64,000 nucleotides of DNA from NCBI GenBank assembly GCA_017963805.1, contig JAGCTE010000044.1:5921-69920 (forward strand), read 5' to 3'. Within the stretch, counting starts at the first letter, position 1, and the number at the start of each line of letters is the position of its first letter. Positions 36,084-46,503 of this stretch are shown one piece after another. The notes beneath the pieces are model-generated. The model was not told the DNA's origin. It saw nothing but the letters and a program-made list of their open reading frames with translations, and ran no database searches. The position numbers were made by a program, and so were the translations under genes. The stretch comes from a bacterium. Lineage in GTDB: Bacteria > Auribacterota > UBA3054.

Positions 36084-37246
36084 GACAGCACGCTCCTTCC
36101 GAAGGCAAGGTGAGGAAGATCCAATATCTCGGCGACCGTGGCTCCTAGGTCGGCGTACGTCTCCCTAGTCCCGAGATCCCTGGGCTCCTCGGCCGGCGAA
36201 TAGAAAAGCAGGGGCACCCTTTCCCTCGTGTGGTCCGTGCCCTTGTAAGTGGGATCCAGCCCGTGGTCCGCCGAGATAAAGAGATAGTCGTTTCTTCCGA
36301 GGCTCAAAAGCAGCGGCCCCAAAAGCTCGTCGAATTCCTTCAGGCACTTCGCGTATCCCAATGGATCGCGCCTGTGGCCGTAGAGCATGTCGAAGTCCAC
36401 GAGGTTCGCGAAGATCAAGCCGTTCTTCTGCTCCTTCAGGGCTTCCATAACTTTCGCCATGCCGTCCCTGTTGGAAACGGTGTGGACGGCTTTCGTCACG
36501 CCGACTTTGGCGTAGATGTCCTCGATCTTGCCGATGGCGTAGAAAGGCAGCCCCTTGTCCCTGAGGTGCGTGAGAAGGTTCGGCTCCGGCGGGCTCATCG
36601 AATAATCCCTTCTCCTCGGGGTGCGCGTGAAATCGTCCGCCTTCGTTCCGACAAAGGGCCTGGCTATGACCCTACCGATGTTCAGCTCATACGCCATGGC
36701 CCTGGTCGCGGGGCAGACTTCGTAAAGCCTTTCAAGGCCGAATCGCTCTTAGTGCGCGGCGATCTGGAAGACGGAGTCGGCCGAAGTGTAAACTATGGGG
36801 AAGCCTGTCTTCAAATGCTCTTCGCCAAGCTCCTTTATGACGACCGTCCCGCTGATCGGCCTGTTGCAAAGGTAGCCCGGAACGCCCGCCGCCTTCATCC
36901 ATCTTCTCAAAAAGTCCTCCGGAAAGCCGTCCGGGAAAGTGGCGAAGGGCTGCTCCATGCGGCAGCCTATCATCTCCCAATGCCCGGTGGTGGTGTCCTT
37001 GCCGCAGTTTATTTCCGTCATGCGGCCATAGCTGGCGATGGGATGATCGCTCGGCGGGCAGCCCAATATTTCCCTCGGCTCTATGCTGCCCAGACCCATT
37101 TTCTGAAGGTTGGGAATCTTCAGACCGCCGACTTTTTCCGCGGTATGGGCGAGCGTCGAGGCCCCCGGATCGCCGTAATTGGCGGCGTCCGGAGCGTGCC
37201 CTATCCCGACGGAGTCGAGGATTATTATGATAACGCGCTTATCCAT
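36080..37246 (-). pseudogene. deoB: Phosphopentomutase interrupted by one in-frame TAA (36749-36751); pseudogene or sequence error
   Basis: Both ORF halves are in the same frame. LDSVGIG, GKDTTTGHWE, YTSADSVFQIAAH*ERFGLERLY, RVIARPF, NLVDFDMLYGHRRD, ADHG.DP, TDHTRERVP. Confidence 0.85.
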
Positions 37247-38967
37247 CAGTTGTCTATGCTCCAGTAAGATTCGAACTGCCCGGGCAGGTATCTCTCAAGG
37301 GACGAGCCGCCCACGAATTCCCTCAGTATGCTGTTTTCCGGAATAAGCGACGAGCCCATCGGCTCGAAGAAGCTGAGCAGCTGCAGAAGGCCTTTCGCCT
37401 TGGGGTACGCCGGGCTGTCGTGTTTTATCTGCAGAAGAAGCGGCTCGGCGATGGGCTTCAGAACGCACAGCTCGTAGAGGAACATGGAGTTGAAGATGGC
37501 GTCCGCGTGCTCCTGGTACGGGAAGATGTTCTTATATTCGCCGCGCCTGATGCTCGCCCACCTCATGATCGTCTGCTCGGCCGAATGCCCCCTGGTCCTG
37601 GCGTCGCGGACGATCCTCCTTATCATGCGGGAGTCGCTGGTGGAGATGTGATGGTGGCGGTCGAGGTTCAGGGGCGTCAGGGGCGAAATGTAAATATGGA
37701 AAACGTTTTCTTTGGGGATCCCCTGCGTCAGGAGCGGATTGAGGCCGTGGATGCCCTCGGCGATCAGTATCTGGCTCTCCTTCAAGTGCAGTTTCGGACC
37801 CACGCCCCTTGTCCCGGTTATGAAATCGTACTTGGGCAGCACGACTTCCCTGCCCTTTATAAGCTCGTTGATGTCGCTGTCGAGGAGCTCAATGTCCATG
37901 GCGTGGATGCTCTCGAAGTCATACTCGCCGTTTTCATCCCTGGGAGTTTTGTCGCGCTCCACGAAATAGCGGTCCATCTCCAAGGTGACCGGCTTGATGC
38001 CGCAGGTCTGCAGCGCGATGGCCAAGCGTTTCGAGAAGGTGGTCTTGCCGGAAGAGGACGGGCCGGCTATAAGGACCAGTTTCACCGTTTCCTTTTTCGC
38101 GATCTCCCTTGCGATGGAGGTTATCTGGGAAGCCTGGGCCGACTCCGAGACCAGTATCCCCTCGTGCGTTTCGCCTTTCTTTATGATGGCGTTCAGCTGC
38201 GGGACCGTGCCGACGTCGAGCTGGTTCGCGAGCTTGACGGCTTTTTTGAAAGCGTTGTCAACCAGCGTGATCTTCTCGGCCAGGGCTTCGGCCCTTTGGA
38301 TGTCCGTCCGGCTCGGCACCAAAACGAATCCCATGGCGGACGGCCGGAGCGCCAGCCTCCTCAGGTATCCCATGGAGATGACCAGCGGGCCGTGGAAATA
38401 ATCGAAGTATTTCCCCACCCTGACGAAGTAGGCTTTCTCATCCTTGGCAAGCTTTTTCAAAAAATAGATCTTGTCTTCCTCGTTTTCCTCGGTCAATATC
38501 CTCTCGCCCTCTTCGACGGTTTTCTGTTCGAAGACTACGGGGACGTCGGCTTCGACCATCTCCCGCATTTTGTCCTCGACCTTTTTGAGTTCTTCCTTCG
38601 AGACGGGCAGGGAGGAGCGGCAGAAAAGCCCGCCCATGGGCTGGCGGTAATCAGTGAAGATCTTGTGGTCCGGCAGGACTTCCTTGAACGCCGTGACAAG
38701 CAGAAGCACCAGACTGCGGTTGTAGAGAAGCCTGCCGATCTCATGCTTCCTCGTGAGGGGCTCGAGGCAAACGTCCTTTGGAGGAGCGTAGTTCAGGGTA
38801 TGCAGCTCGTTGTCGCACAGCGCCGCGAGGTAAAGGTAGGGGTCTTCCGGGTAAGCGGCGGCGATTATATCCTTGAGTTTCGTTCCCAAGGGGGCGCAGA
38901 ATGTCCTTCCGTCGGGAAGCGTGACGTAAATATTCGTCCTGGGAGACGTTTCTTTTATTTCCGGCAT
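37246..38967 (-). CDS. Long-form uridine/nucleoside kinase with N-terminal TGS/ThrRS-like region
   Basis: IAGPSSSGKTT, EGIHGLN, RRIVRDARTRG, IFPYQEHAD.IFNS. Heads the salvage operon. Confidence 0.88.
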   Translation of the reverse strand: MPEIKETSPRTNIYVTLPDGRTFCAPLGTKLKDIIAAAYPEDPYLYLAALCDNELHTLNYAPPKDVCLEPLTRKHEIGRLLYNRSLVLLLVTAFKEVLPDHKIFTDYRQPMGGLFCRSSLPVSKEELKKVEDKMREMVEADVPVVFEQKTVEEGERILTEENEEDKIYFLKKLAKDEKAYFVRVGKYFDYFHGPLVISMGYLRRLALRPSAMGFVLVPSRTDIQRAEALAEKITLVDNAFKKAVKLANQLDVGTVPQLNAIIKKGETHEGILVSESAQASQITSIAREIAKKETVKLVLIAGPSSSGKTTFSKRLAIALQTCGIKPVTLEMDRYFVERDKTPRDENGEYDFESIHAMDIELLDSDINELIKGREVVLPKYDFITGTRGVGPKLHLKESQILIAEGIHGLNPLLTQGIPKENVFHIYISPLTPLNLDRHHHISTSDSRMIRRIVRDARTRGHSAEQTIMRWASIRRGEYKNIFPYQEHADAIFNSMFLYELCVLKPIAEPLLLQIKHDSPAYPKAKGLLQLLSFFEPMGSSLIPENSILREFVGGSSLERYLPGQFESYWSIDN

Positions 38968-39005
38968 GGTTTCTCCTCTTCAAGTTTAATGAATCAGACG
39001 ATTAA

Positions 39006-39077
39006 ATTTTAGCATTTTTTGAAACGCGCGCGCCCTTTTGGCGCCTATACCAAAACGCGCGCCGTTTTTAGTATAAT
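39006..39077. promoter_or_regulatory. Divergent promoters for the nucleoside kinase operon and asnS
   Basis: Minus-strand TGCTAAAAT (39014-39006) and plus-strand TATAAT (39072-39077). Confidence 0.55.
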
Positions 39078-39117
39078 TCATAAGTTAATTTAACATTTCA
39101 ACCTCGCATCTAAAATT

Positions 39118-40524
39118 ATGTCTTCTTCTCTGCCACGCACGAAAATCAAGGAACTGTTCCGTTCCTTTTCCGAATCCAAAGAAGTCCTTGTCAAGGGCTG
39201 GGTGAGGACCCGCCGCGACAGCAAGGGCGGTTTCTCATTCCTTGAAATAAACGACGGCTCCTGCTTCGACAACATCCAGGCCGTCGTTCCCAATACGCTT
39301 CCCAACTACGAGAGCGAAGTTTTGAAGCTGACGACCGGCGCCAGCGTCGCCGTAAGAGGCAAAGCCGTGGCGGCCGAGGGACGCAAGCAGAGCGTCGAGA
39401 TCCAGGCGGAGGAAGTTCTGGTCTACGGCTTCGCCGACCCCAACGAATATCCGCTCTTCAAGCAGAGGATGTCGGTAGAGTACCTCCGCGACATAGCGCA
39501 CCTCCGCCCCCGCACCAACATAATCGGCGCCATGGAGAGGGTGAGGAACTGCGCCGCCATGGCCATCCACGAATTCTTCCAGAGCAGGGGCTTCGTCTGG
39601 GTGCACACGCCGCTCATCACGACCGCCGACTGCGAAGGCGCCGGGCAGATGTTCAAGGTCACCACTCTCGATCTCAACGCGCTTCCCAGAACCGAGGACG
39701 GCGCCGTCGACTACAAGGAGGACTTCTTCGGCAAGCCTTCCTTTCTGACAGTATCGGGGCAGCTGGACGCCGAGAACTACGCCTGCGCCCTTGGCGACGT
39801 CTACACTTTCGGCCCGACCTTCAGGGCCGAGAATTCCAACACGCCGCGCCACCTCGCCGAGTTCTGGATGGTGGAGCCGGAAATGGCTTTCGCGGACCTC
39901 AACGACAACATGGAGATCGCGGAGGCTTTCGTAAAGCACATCGTCAGGACCGTGCTGGAAAAATGCCCCGACGAGATCGCTTTCTTCGACCAGCGCGTGC
40001 AGCCCGGACTTAAATCCCAGCTAGAAGAGATACTGGGCCAGGAATTCGAGCGCTGCACCTACACGAGGGCCCTGGAGATCCTTTCCGCATCCGGCCGCAA
40101 GTGGGAGTTCCCCATCAATTGGGGCGACGATCTGCAGACCGAGCACGAGCGCTATCTCACGGAAGAATATTTCAAGAAGCCCGTCTTCGTCATCGACTGG
40201 CCGGCCTCCCTGAAGCCCTTCTACATGAAAGTGAACGACGACGGCAAGACCGTGCGCGCCATGGACTGCCTTGTCCCCCGCTTCGGCGAAATAATTGGCG
40301 GCAGCCAGCGCGAGGAAGACCTTTCCGTCATGGATAGGCGCATAGAGGAGCTCGGCATGAAGAAAGAGGAGTACTGGTGGTACAGGGACCTCAGGCGCTT
40401 CGGCACCGTCCCCCACTCCGGCTTCGGCTTGGGATTCGAGAGGATCATTCTCTTCGTCACCGGCATCGCCAACATCAGGGACGTCATCCCATTCCCCAGG
40501 ACTCCCAGGAACGCCAATTTCTAA
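39118..40524 (+). CDS. asnS: Asparagine--tRNA ligase
   Basis: [63 protein letters not shown]. Confidence 0.98.
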   Translation: MSSSLPRTKIKELFRSFSESKEVLVKGWVRTRRDSKGGFSFLEINDGSCFDNIQAVVPNTLPNYESEVLKLTTGASVAVRGKAVAAEGRKQSVEIQAEEVLVYGFADPNEYPLFKQRMSVEYLRDIAHLRPRTNIIGAMERVRNCAAMAIHEFFQSRGFVWVHTPLITTADCEGAGQMFKVTTLDLNALPRTEDGAVDYKEDFFGKPSFLTVSGQLDAENYACALGDVYTFGPTFRAENSNTPRHLAEFWMVEPEMAFADLNDNMEIAEAFVKHIVRTVLEKCPDEIAFFDQRVQPGLKSQLEEILGQEFERCTYTRALEILSASGRKWEFPINWGDDLQTEHERYLTEEYFKKPVFVIDWPASLKPFYMKVNDDGKTVRAMDCLVPRFGEIIGGSQREEDLSVMDRRIEELGMKKEEYWWYRDLRRFGTVPHSGFGLGFERIILFVTGIANIRDVIPFPRTPRNANF

Positions 40525-40527
40525 AAA

Positions 40528-41136
40528 ATGAGCGAAGAGAAAAACATCGTCTGGCACAAGCAGAGCGTGACTAGGGAGCTCAGGGAAAAAGCGAACGGCC
40601 ACAAGGGCTGCGTCCTTTGGTACACCGGGTTGTCGGGCAGCGGCAAATCGACCGTCGCCAACGAGGTCGAGAAAAAGCTTATGGCTCTCGGCGTGAAAAG
40701 CTACCTCCTTGACGGCGACAACATAAGGCACGGTTTGAATTCCGACCTCGGCTTCACCAAGGAGGACCGCGAGGAGAACATAAGGCGCATCGGCGAAGTG
40801 GCGAAACTCTTCGCGGATTCCGGAACGGTGACCGGGGTGGCTTTCATCTCCCCCTACAGATCCGACAGGAAAAGGGCCAGGGACATAGTGGAGAGCTCCG
40901 GGCTGGATTTCATAGAGATCTATGTGAAGTGCCCCCTTGAAGTCTGCGAGCAAAGAGACCCTAAGGGACTCTACAAAAAAGCCAGGCTCGGGGAGATCAA
41001 AAACTTCACCGGGCTCGACGCTCCCTACGAGGAGCCGACGACATGCGAGCTGGTCCTCATGAGCTCTTCGGCCCCGCCGGCGGAGCTTGCGGACAAAGTC
41101 TTAGAAACGTTAAAGCAAAAACACATTTTGTTGTAA
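40528..41136 (+). CDS. cysC: Adenylyl-sulfate kinase
   Basis: [46 protein letters not shown]. Confidence 0.96.
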   Translation: MSEEKNIVWHKQSVTRELREKANGHKGCVLWYTGLSGSGKSTVANEVEKKLMALGVKSYLLDGDNIRHGLNSDLGFTKEDREENIRRIGEVAKLFADSGTVTGVAFISPYRSDRKRARDIVESSGLDFIEIYVKCPLEVCEQRDPKGLYKKARLGEIKNFTGLDAPYEEPTTCELVLMSSSAPPAELADKVLETLKQKHILL

Positions 41137-41181
41137 AATAGACTTGTGGCCCCTTTAAAAACCAGGCGGCCCCTAAAAAAG

Positions 41182-42117
41182 ATGCTCAAGTATTTCAACA
41201 TTTCAGTTTTGGCAATGCTTCTTGTTTTCTCGCTCGACGGCTGCAAGAAAGAAAAGAACGAACCGGAGAAGCCCGTTGGCGAAGTTAAAGAGACCAAAGA
41301 CATGGGCGCGAGAGCTCCCCGCAAAAAGATCAAGGACACTCTTTCCGGCCTCGAGGAAGAGGACCGCGCCGCGGCCCTGAAGCTTCTCAGGGAAGAACAC
41401 CGCGAGCAAAAGAACAAGAAGGAGGAAGAGGAGAACGTCGAGATGACGCCCGGCTTCTTCCCCGTCTCGGACGGCGCCAAGCAGCTTATCGACGAAGCCA
41501 ACCTCCTGCTGCGCCAGGGCGCCGACACGGACAGCAAGATAGAAGCCCTGGAAAATCTGATCGGTATCGACCATCCTGACATACTGCCGACCATAGAGCT
41601 CGCCCTTGACGACGAAGACCCCGTCGTCAGGGAAGTGGCGCTGGACGCCATCATGAACATCAACAGCGAGGAAGTCGTCCCTGTCGTCGTGAAAGCGCTC
41701 GACGACCCCGAACCGGATCTCAGGCTAGTCTCACTGGACGCCTTGATGGACGTAAAAAGCCCGAGCATCAACGACGCCCTGCAGAAGGCCATGAAGGACG
41801 AGAGCGAGGAAGTGAGGGAAGGCGTCATGGACCTGCTCTTCATCTCCGAAAACCCCGCGGCGCTCCCGACCATCAAGACGGCCTTCGCCGATTCCAGCCC
41901 GGCCATCAGGGAAGGCGCGCTGATGTGCATCGAGGACATAAGGGACAAGGGCGCGCTCGACATCCTCATCTACGACGGCATGCTCAGCGATTACGAGGAC
42001 GTCAGGGAGGCGAGCAAGGAAGCGCTGGAGTTCATCACCGACGAAGAGTTCGAGACTTACGACGAAGCCAAGGACTGGTGGAGCAAGAACCGCGACTCCT
42101 TCGAGTTTGATTTTTAA
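41182..42117 (+). CDS. Acidic HEAT-repeat lipoprotein
   Basis: MLKYF...LDGC lipobox. Repeats ALDDEDPVVREVA, ALDDPEPDLRLVS, MKDESEEVREGV, ADSSPAIREGA, SDYEDVREAS. Confidence 0.8.
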   Translation: MLKYFNISVLAMLLVFSLDGCKKEKNEPEKPVGEVKETKDMGARAPRKKIKDTLSGLEEEDRAAALKLLREEHREQKNKKEEEENVEMTPGFFPVSDGAKQLIDEANLLLRQGADTDSKIEALENLIGIDHPDILPTIELALDDEDPVVREVALDAIMNINSEEVVPVVVKALDDPEPDLRLVSLDALMDVKSPSINDALQKAMKDESEEVREGVMDLLFISENPAALPTIKTAFADSSPAIREGALMCIEDIRDKGALDILIYDGMLSDYEDVREASKEALEFITDEEFETYDEAKDWWSKNRDSFEFDF

Positions 42118-42119
42118 AG

Positions 42120-43607
42120 ATGAAGATCTCCATAAGCTATCCTCCCCTTCCGAGCGAGCTGGGAGTTCCGCTCCTTGGTCAGAACCGCCAGTTCCAGTAC
42201 TTCCACAAGCCGACCTACATCTACCCGATGGTGCCGGCTTACGCCGCTTCGCTCCTTAAGGAAAACGGCCACGAAGTATTTTGGCAGGACGGCATAGCGG
42301 AGAAAAAAACTTACGACGAATGGGAAAAGGAGCTGCTTGGCGTTTCCCCCGACATCGTCGTCTTCGAGAGCAAGTGTCCGGTAATAGAGAAGCACTGGAA
42401 ACTTATAGACAGCCTTAAGGAAAAACTTCCGGAAACGCTTTTCGTTTTGGTCGGCGACCACGTCACGGCAAGGCCATTGGAATCTTTTTCCAATTCCAAG
42501 GTCGACATCGTCATAACTGGCGGCGACTACGATTTCCTGCTTCTCGACCTAGCAAATCATCTGGAAAAAGGAACGCCGCTCCCTCCCGGCTTCTACGTAA
42601 GCGAAATCGCGAAGCGCGTAAAAGTTGAGAACGCGGAAGAAAAGGACGGCGTTTTCTTCACCGGGAAAGCGCTTCTTGATCACGACGTCAACTCCCTCCC
42701 CTTCATCGACAGGGATCTGACCAAATGGCGTCTCTACGCCTACGAGAACGGCAACTTCAAATACCCGCCGGGGACCTACACTTATTCCGGCCGCGACTGC
42801 TGGTGGGGAAAGTGCACCTTCTGCGTCTGGGACAACACCATTAATCCCTGCGGCAGCTACCGCAGCTTTTCTCCCGAGCGGCTTTTCGCCGAAGTGAAGC
42901 ATATAATCGACAATTATCACGTGAAAGAGATCTTCGACGACGCCGGCAGCATGTTCGCCGGGGACAGGATGAAGAAATTCTGCCGCCTTTTGATCGAGAG
43001 CGGCTACAATAAGAAGGCGGTCTTCGGCTGCAACATGCGCTTCGACGGCATGGACAAAGAAGGCTACGACCTTATGAAGAAAGCCAATTTCCGCTTCGTC
43101 CTCTTCGGCCTCGAATCCGGCAACCAGAAGACCCTGGACCGCATAAATAAGGGCATCACTCTCGAGCAGATCGAAAAGGGCGCCAAGCTCTGCAAAGAAG
43201 CCGGGCTCCAGCCGCACGTGACCTTGATGCTCGGCTACCCTTGGGAGACTCTGGAGGATGCCAAAAGGACCGTCGATTTCGCGAAACGGCTTTTCAAGCT
43301 CGGCTACATCGACACGTTGCAAGCGACCGTCTGCATTCCCTATCCCGGAACGCCTCTTTACAAAGAATGCGAGGAAAACGGATGGCTGCTGACGAAAAAT
43401 TATTCCGACTACGATATGCGCGGCATGGTCATGAAGTCCCCCATCAGCGAAAAAGAGCTCATGGATCTCACGCGCCAGATATACCGCTCTTTTATGAGCC
43501 CCTCCTTCATCTGGCGCAAAATTATCGGGATCCGCTCGTTTTCCGACATAAAATTCCTCTTTACGGCCAGCCTTAGGGTTCTGGGACATCTTACTGATTT
43601 CAGCTAA
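42120..43607 (+). CDS. Cobalamin-binding radical SAM protein
   Basis: CWWGKCTFC (CxxxCxxC), N-terminal B12-binding-like region, FGLESGNQ, GYPWET, PYPGTPLY. Confidence 0.9.
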   Translation: MKISISYPPLPSELGVPLLGQNRQFQYFHKPTYIYPMVPAYAASLLKENGHEVFWQDGIAEKKTYDEWEKELLGVSPDIVVFESKCPVIEKHWKLIDSLKEKLPETLFVLVGDHVTARPLESFSNSKVDIVITGGDYDFLLLDLANHLEKGTPLPPGFYVSEIAKRVKVENAEEKDGVFFTGKALLDHDVNSLPFIDRDLTKWRLYAYENGNFKYPPGTYTYSGRDCWWGKCTFCVWDNTINPCGSYRSFSPERLFAEVKHIIDNYHVKEIFDDAGSMFAGDRMKKFCRLLIESGYNKKAVFGCNMRFDGMDKEGYDLMKKANFRFVLFGLESGNQKTLDRINKGITLEQIEKGAKLCKEAGLQPHVTLMLGYPWETLEDAKRTVDFAKRLFKLGYIDTLQATVCIPYPGTPLYKECEENGWLLTKNYSDYDMRGMVMKSPISEKELMDLTRQIYRSFMSPSFIWRKIIGIRSFSDIKFLFTASLRVLGHLTDFS

Positions 43608-43656
43608 GATAAGCGTTAATCGCCCGTTCCCGAAATTTTGTAATTATGTGATGGGC

Positions 43657-43686
43657 TTGATTTTAAGTCATACCTTATAGTATAAT
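43657..43686 (+). promoter_or_regulatory. Sigma70-type promoter for CotH paralog 1
   Basis: TTGATT (43657-43662), 18-bp spacer, TATAAT (43681-43686). Confidence 0.6.
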
Positions 43687-43721
43687 CGGACGCTGGTTTT
43701 ATCAATTTGGAAAAAATCCCA

Positions 43722-46391
43722 ATGAAATCAGTGCTCAAAACAATTCTCTTTCTGGGCCTTAGCGCCCTCTCAGTTCGCTCAGAACTTCCCTCCAATCTCG
43801 TCTCAGCCAACTGGATCGAATCCGAAGGCGGCTACATCAACACCGGCATCAACCAGTACGGCTCTTCCCTTTCCGAACTTGACTGCGTTTTAGAGTTCAC
43901 CACCCTCAATTACCCCAAGCGGCGCCTTATGGGTTTCAACGGCGCCGGCCCGAAGAACTACGTGGGCATCAGCCCCGACAACAAGTTCGACCTTTGGAAC
44001 GTTTCCCAAATGGAAGCCGAGTCGAACGTCAAATACCACTTGCATCTTACACAGGACCCCGTGGTCGCCGTGCTTGACATATATAGTTATAACGAAAATC
44101 CCGAGAACGAAGTCCTTCTGGAGAAGATGGTCTGCAACGCCAACGGCATCAACAATAGCGAATGCCAGCTCTTCATCATCGCCTCCAATCCGAACTACCA
44201 CTGCTACGACGTCAGGCTCTACAACTTCAAGATCCTTCTTGACGGCGAGCTGAAAAGGGATTTCTCCCCTGTCATGGACATAGAATCCCACAAGGCCGGA
44301 ATGTATGACAGCGTGAGCGGCGAGACCTTTTACGCCAGCAACGAAGGCAAACTGATCTGCGACGCCCTTGATTACTCTTACGGTGAAGGCGAAAGCAAGG
44401 TCTGCCCTGACGGCGACACCCTCTACCTCCCCTCCTACGCCGACTACTCCAACCTCGACGCTCTCCGCTTCCCCGCCGGCACCGTTCTTTCCGGCACCAC
44501 CGGCGAAAACCTGACCGTGGGCACGGACGCCCTTGACATGCGCGTGCTTTTCGGCGACGACATGGAAGCCGGCGAAAGGTATCCTGTGACTGTCAGCTTC
44601 CCCTCCGGCGCCGCGACGAGCTTCTACCTCGCCAAGAGCGCCAACATCCCCGCCCTCTTCGTCAACCTCGACGCCACAAGCGTTGAGATGATCAACAAGA
44701 GCAAGGCCAATTCCGCTTCCGGCGCGGCGCTGAAGATCGCCCCCGACGGCACCGCATCCCCGCTTCTCGAGGTCAAGAAGTTCGCGGGCCGCGGCAACAC
44801 GAGCTGGACTTATTCCGGCGACAAGAAGCCTTACAAGATCAACCTGGCCGAGAAATACAATTTGATCGCTTCCAAAAGCCCCAACAAAAAATTCGCCCTG
44901 CTCTCGCTTAACCTGCAGGACAGAAAAGACCGCAGCTGCCTCAAGGAATTCGTCGCCCACGAGCTGGCTGAGTCTATGGACATGAGCTTTGTCCCTGGCA
45001 TGGAATTCGTCGACCTCTACGTCAACGGTTCCTACCGCGGCATCTATGTCATCAAGGAACGCATAACCATCGGGTCCGACAGGATCAACATCCACGAACC
45101 GAAATTCCTCTATGAGGACGAAACTTCCACCACGAGAGTGGTGCAGCAAAGCGGCATCAAGGGCGTTGACGGAGCCGAGGGCGACGAGGGCGATGAGGAG
45201 CCCTTCAAAGTCTCCAGCTGGAACGTTCCGGCAGCCACCGAGACCATCTTAAGCGAGAACGACGATGAAGACCCCGCTTTGAAAGCCGGCATCCAGGCTT
45301 ACCAGTACGCCACCGGCTCACAGCTCCAGGGCGGCAAGGACGGCGGCGTGATCATCGAAATGAACGTCTGCTATTCCGCCTACTTATATGACGAGCCCAG
45401 CTTTTTCATCACCAGGAGAGGCCAGATATTCAACCTGAAGACCTCCGAGTGCGGCACCAAGGAGCAAGTCCAGAGGATCGCGATCTTCGTGCAGGAAATG
45501 GAGGACGCCCTCTTCAGCGAGACCGGCTTCAACGCCAAGGGCAAACATTATTCGAAATACATCGATGTCGCCAGCATGGCCAAGCACGTCGCTCTGGACG
45601 GCTTCATGGCCAACTCCGACTTCTGCATCATCAGCACTTACTTCTACATCGACGCCAACCCCGCTACCGGCGAATATATCGGAAAGCTCAAGGCCGAGCC
45701 GGTTTGGGACTACGATTTCGCCCAGGTCAATTCCAGCCACATCTACGTCAACAGCGCCAGCAGGATGTGCTACGTTCCCCACTTCTTCAACAAGGCGGAC
45801 TTCGTCAAGGCCCTCTATGAGATCCAGAATGACGAGACCGGCTTCACTAAGAGGATCGCCGAACTGAACGGCGGCGAACTGGACGATCTGGCCGCTAAGC
45901 TTATGCCCACCTACAAACTGAATTTCCTCAGATGGGGCAGCGACTCCGTATTCGACAGCGAAGTCCTCAGGAACAGCATGAGGACCAGAGAGGCCAGCTG
46001 GAACAGCCTCTGGAAACCGGATACACAGCTCCTGGGCGCCTGGGTGGACGAAGCCCCCGCTCCCCAGTATTCCTTCTTCTCCTTCAACGCTTCCGAATCC
46101 GCTGACATTTCCGTCTTCAATTACGGCACCGCCGGCGAATACCAGTGGTACAAGCTTGATGAGGAAGACAACTCCCTGAAAGCCATCGAGGGCGAGACGG
46201 AAGCGACCATAGATCCCACCTATTACGGCAAAGGCGAATACGTCTGCGCCATCAGCGGCGTCAACCTGGAGCCCCAGGCCGGCGGTCAGAACGTGACGCT
46301 CTACACCGCTCCCTTTGTTTTCGGCGCTCCGGAGCCCGGAATGATCGGAATGCTCCTTGCCGCGACGGCTTTTTTGCTTCGCAGAAAGTGA
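43722..46391 (+). CDS. CotH-family kinase with N-terminal lectin/LamG-like domain and PEP-CTERM anchor, paralog 1
   Basis: Signal peptide MKSVLKTILFLGLSALSVRS. GRGNTSW, KKPYKINL, FVDLYVNGSYRGIY..KER, NSD, PVWDYD. Tail APEPGMIGMLLAATAFLLRRK. Confidence 0.85.
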   Translation: MKSVLKTILFLGLSALSVRSELPSNLVSANWIESEGGYINTGINQYGSSLSELDCVLEFTTLNYPKRRLMGFNGAGPKNYVGISPDNKFDLWNVSQMEAESNVKYHLHLTQDPVVAVLDIYSYNENPENEVLLEKMVCNANGINNSECQLFIIASNPNYHCYDVRLYNFKILLDGELKRDFSPVMDIESHKAGMYDSVSGETFYASNEGKLICDALDYSYGEGESKVCPDGDTLYLPSYADYSNLDALRFPAGTVLSGTTGENLTVGTDALDMRVLFGDDMEAGERYPVTVSFPSGAATSFYLAKSANIPALFVNLDATSVEMINKSKANSASGAALKIAPDGTASPLLEVKKFAGRGNTSWTYSGDKKPYKINLAEKYNLIASKSPNKKFALLSLNLQDRKDRSCLKEFVAHELAESMDMSFVPGMEFVDLYVNGSYRGIYVIKERITIGSDRINIHEPKFLYEDETSTTRVVQQSGIKGVDGAEGDEGDEEPFKVSSWNVPAATETILSENDDEDPALKAGIQAYQYATGSQLQGGKDGGVIIEMNVCYSAYLYDEPSFFITRRGQIFNLKTSECGTKEQVQRIAIFVQEMEDALFSETGFNAKGKHYSKYIDVASMAKHVALDGFMANSDFCIISTYFYIDANPATGEYIGKLKAEPVWDYDFAQVNSSHIYVNSASRMCYVPHFFNKADFVKALYEIQNDETGFTKRIAELNGGELDDLAAKLMPTYKLNFLRWGSDSVFDSEVLRNSMRTREASWNSLWKPDTQLLGAWVDEAPAPQYSFFSFNASESADISVFNYGTAGEYQWYKLDEEDNSLKAIEGETEATIDPTYYGKGEYVCAISGVNLEPQAGGQNVTLYTAPFVFGAPEPGMIGMLLAATAFLLRRK

Positions 46392-46406
46392 TCGCTCTGC
46401 AAAAAT

Positions 46407-46437
46407 GCCCCCGGCTCAAACCGGGGGCTTTTTGTTT
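46407..46437 (+). terminator. Rho-independent terminator
   Basis: GCCCCCGG-CTCAAA-CCGGGGGC followed by TTTTTGTTT, 15 nt after the stop codon. Confidence 0.88.
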
Positions 46438-46443
46438 GACAAT

Positions 46444-46472
46444 TTGATTTTTCCCCTTAAAAGAAATATAAT
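46444..46472 (+). promoter_or_regulatory. Sigma70-type promoter for CotH paralog 2
   Basis: TTGATT (46444-46449), 17-bp spacer, TATAAT (46467-46472); same hexamers as paralog 1. Confidence 0.65.
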
Positions 46473-46503
46473 TTTAGACAAGAGATATCGCCGTAAAAGC
46501 CGC

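Noticed and set aside
36080-37246. Stop-codon reassignment or programmed frameshift explaining the split deoB
   Set aside because: The halves are in the same frame, and TAA, TAG and TGA all terminate conserved genes at expected positions elsewhere in the window.
37420-39012. 530-aa plus-strand ORF
   Set aside because: Antisense shadow of the nucleoside kinase gene.
46357-46503. N-terminal extension of the second CotH ORF given by the track
   Set aside because: It overlaps the previous gene, a terminator and a promoter; the signal peptide begins at ATG 46504.
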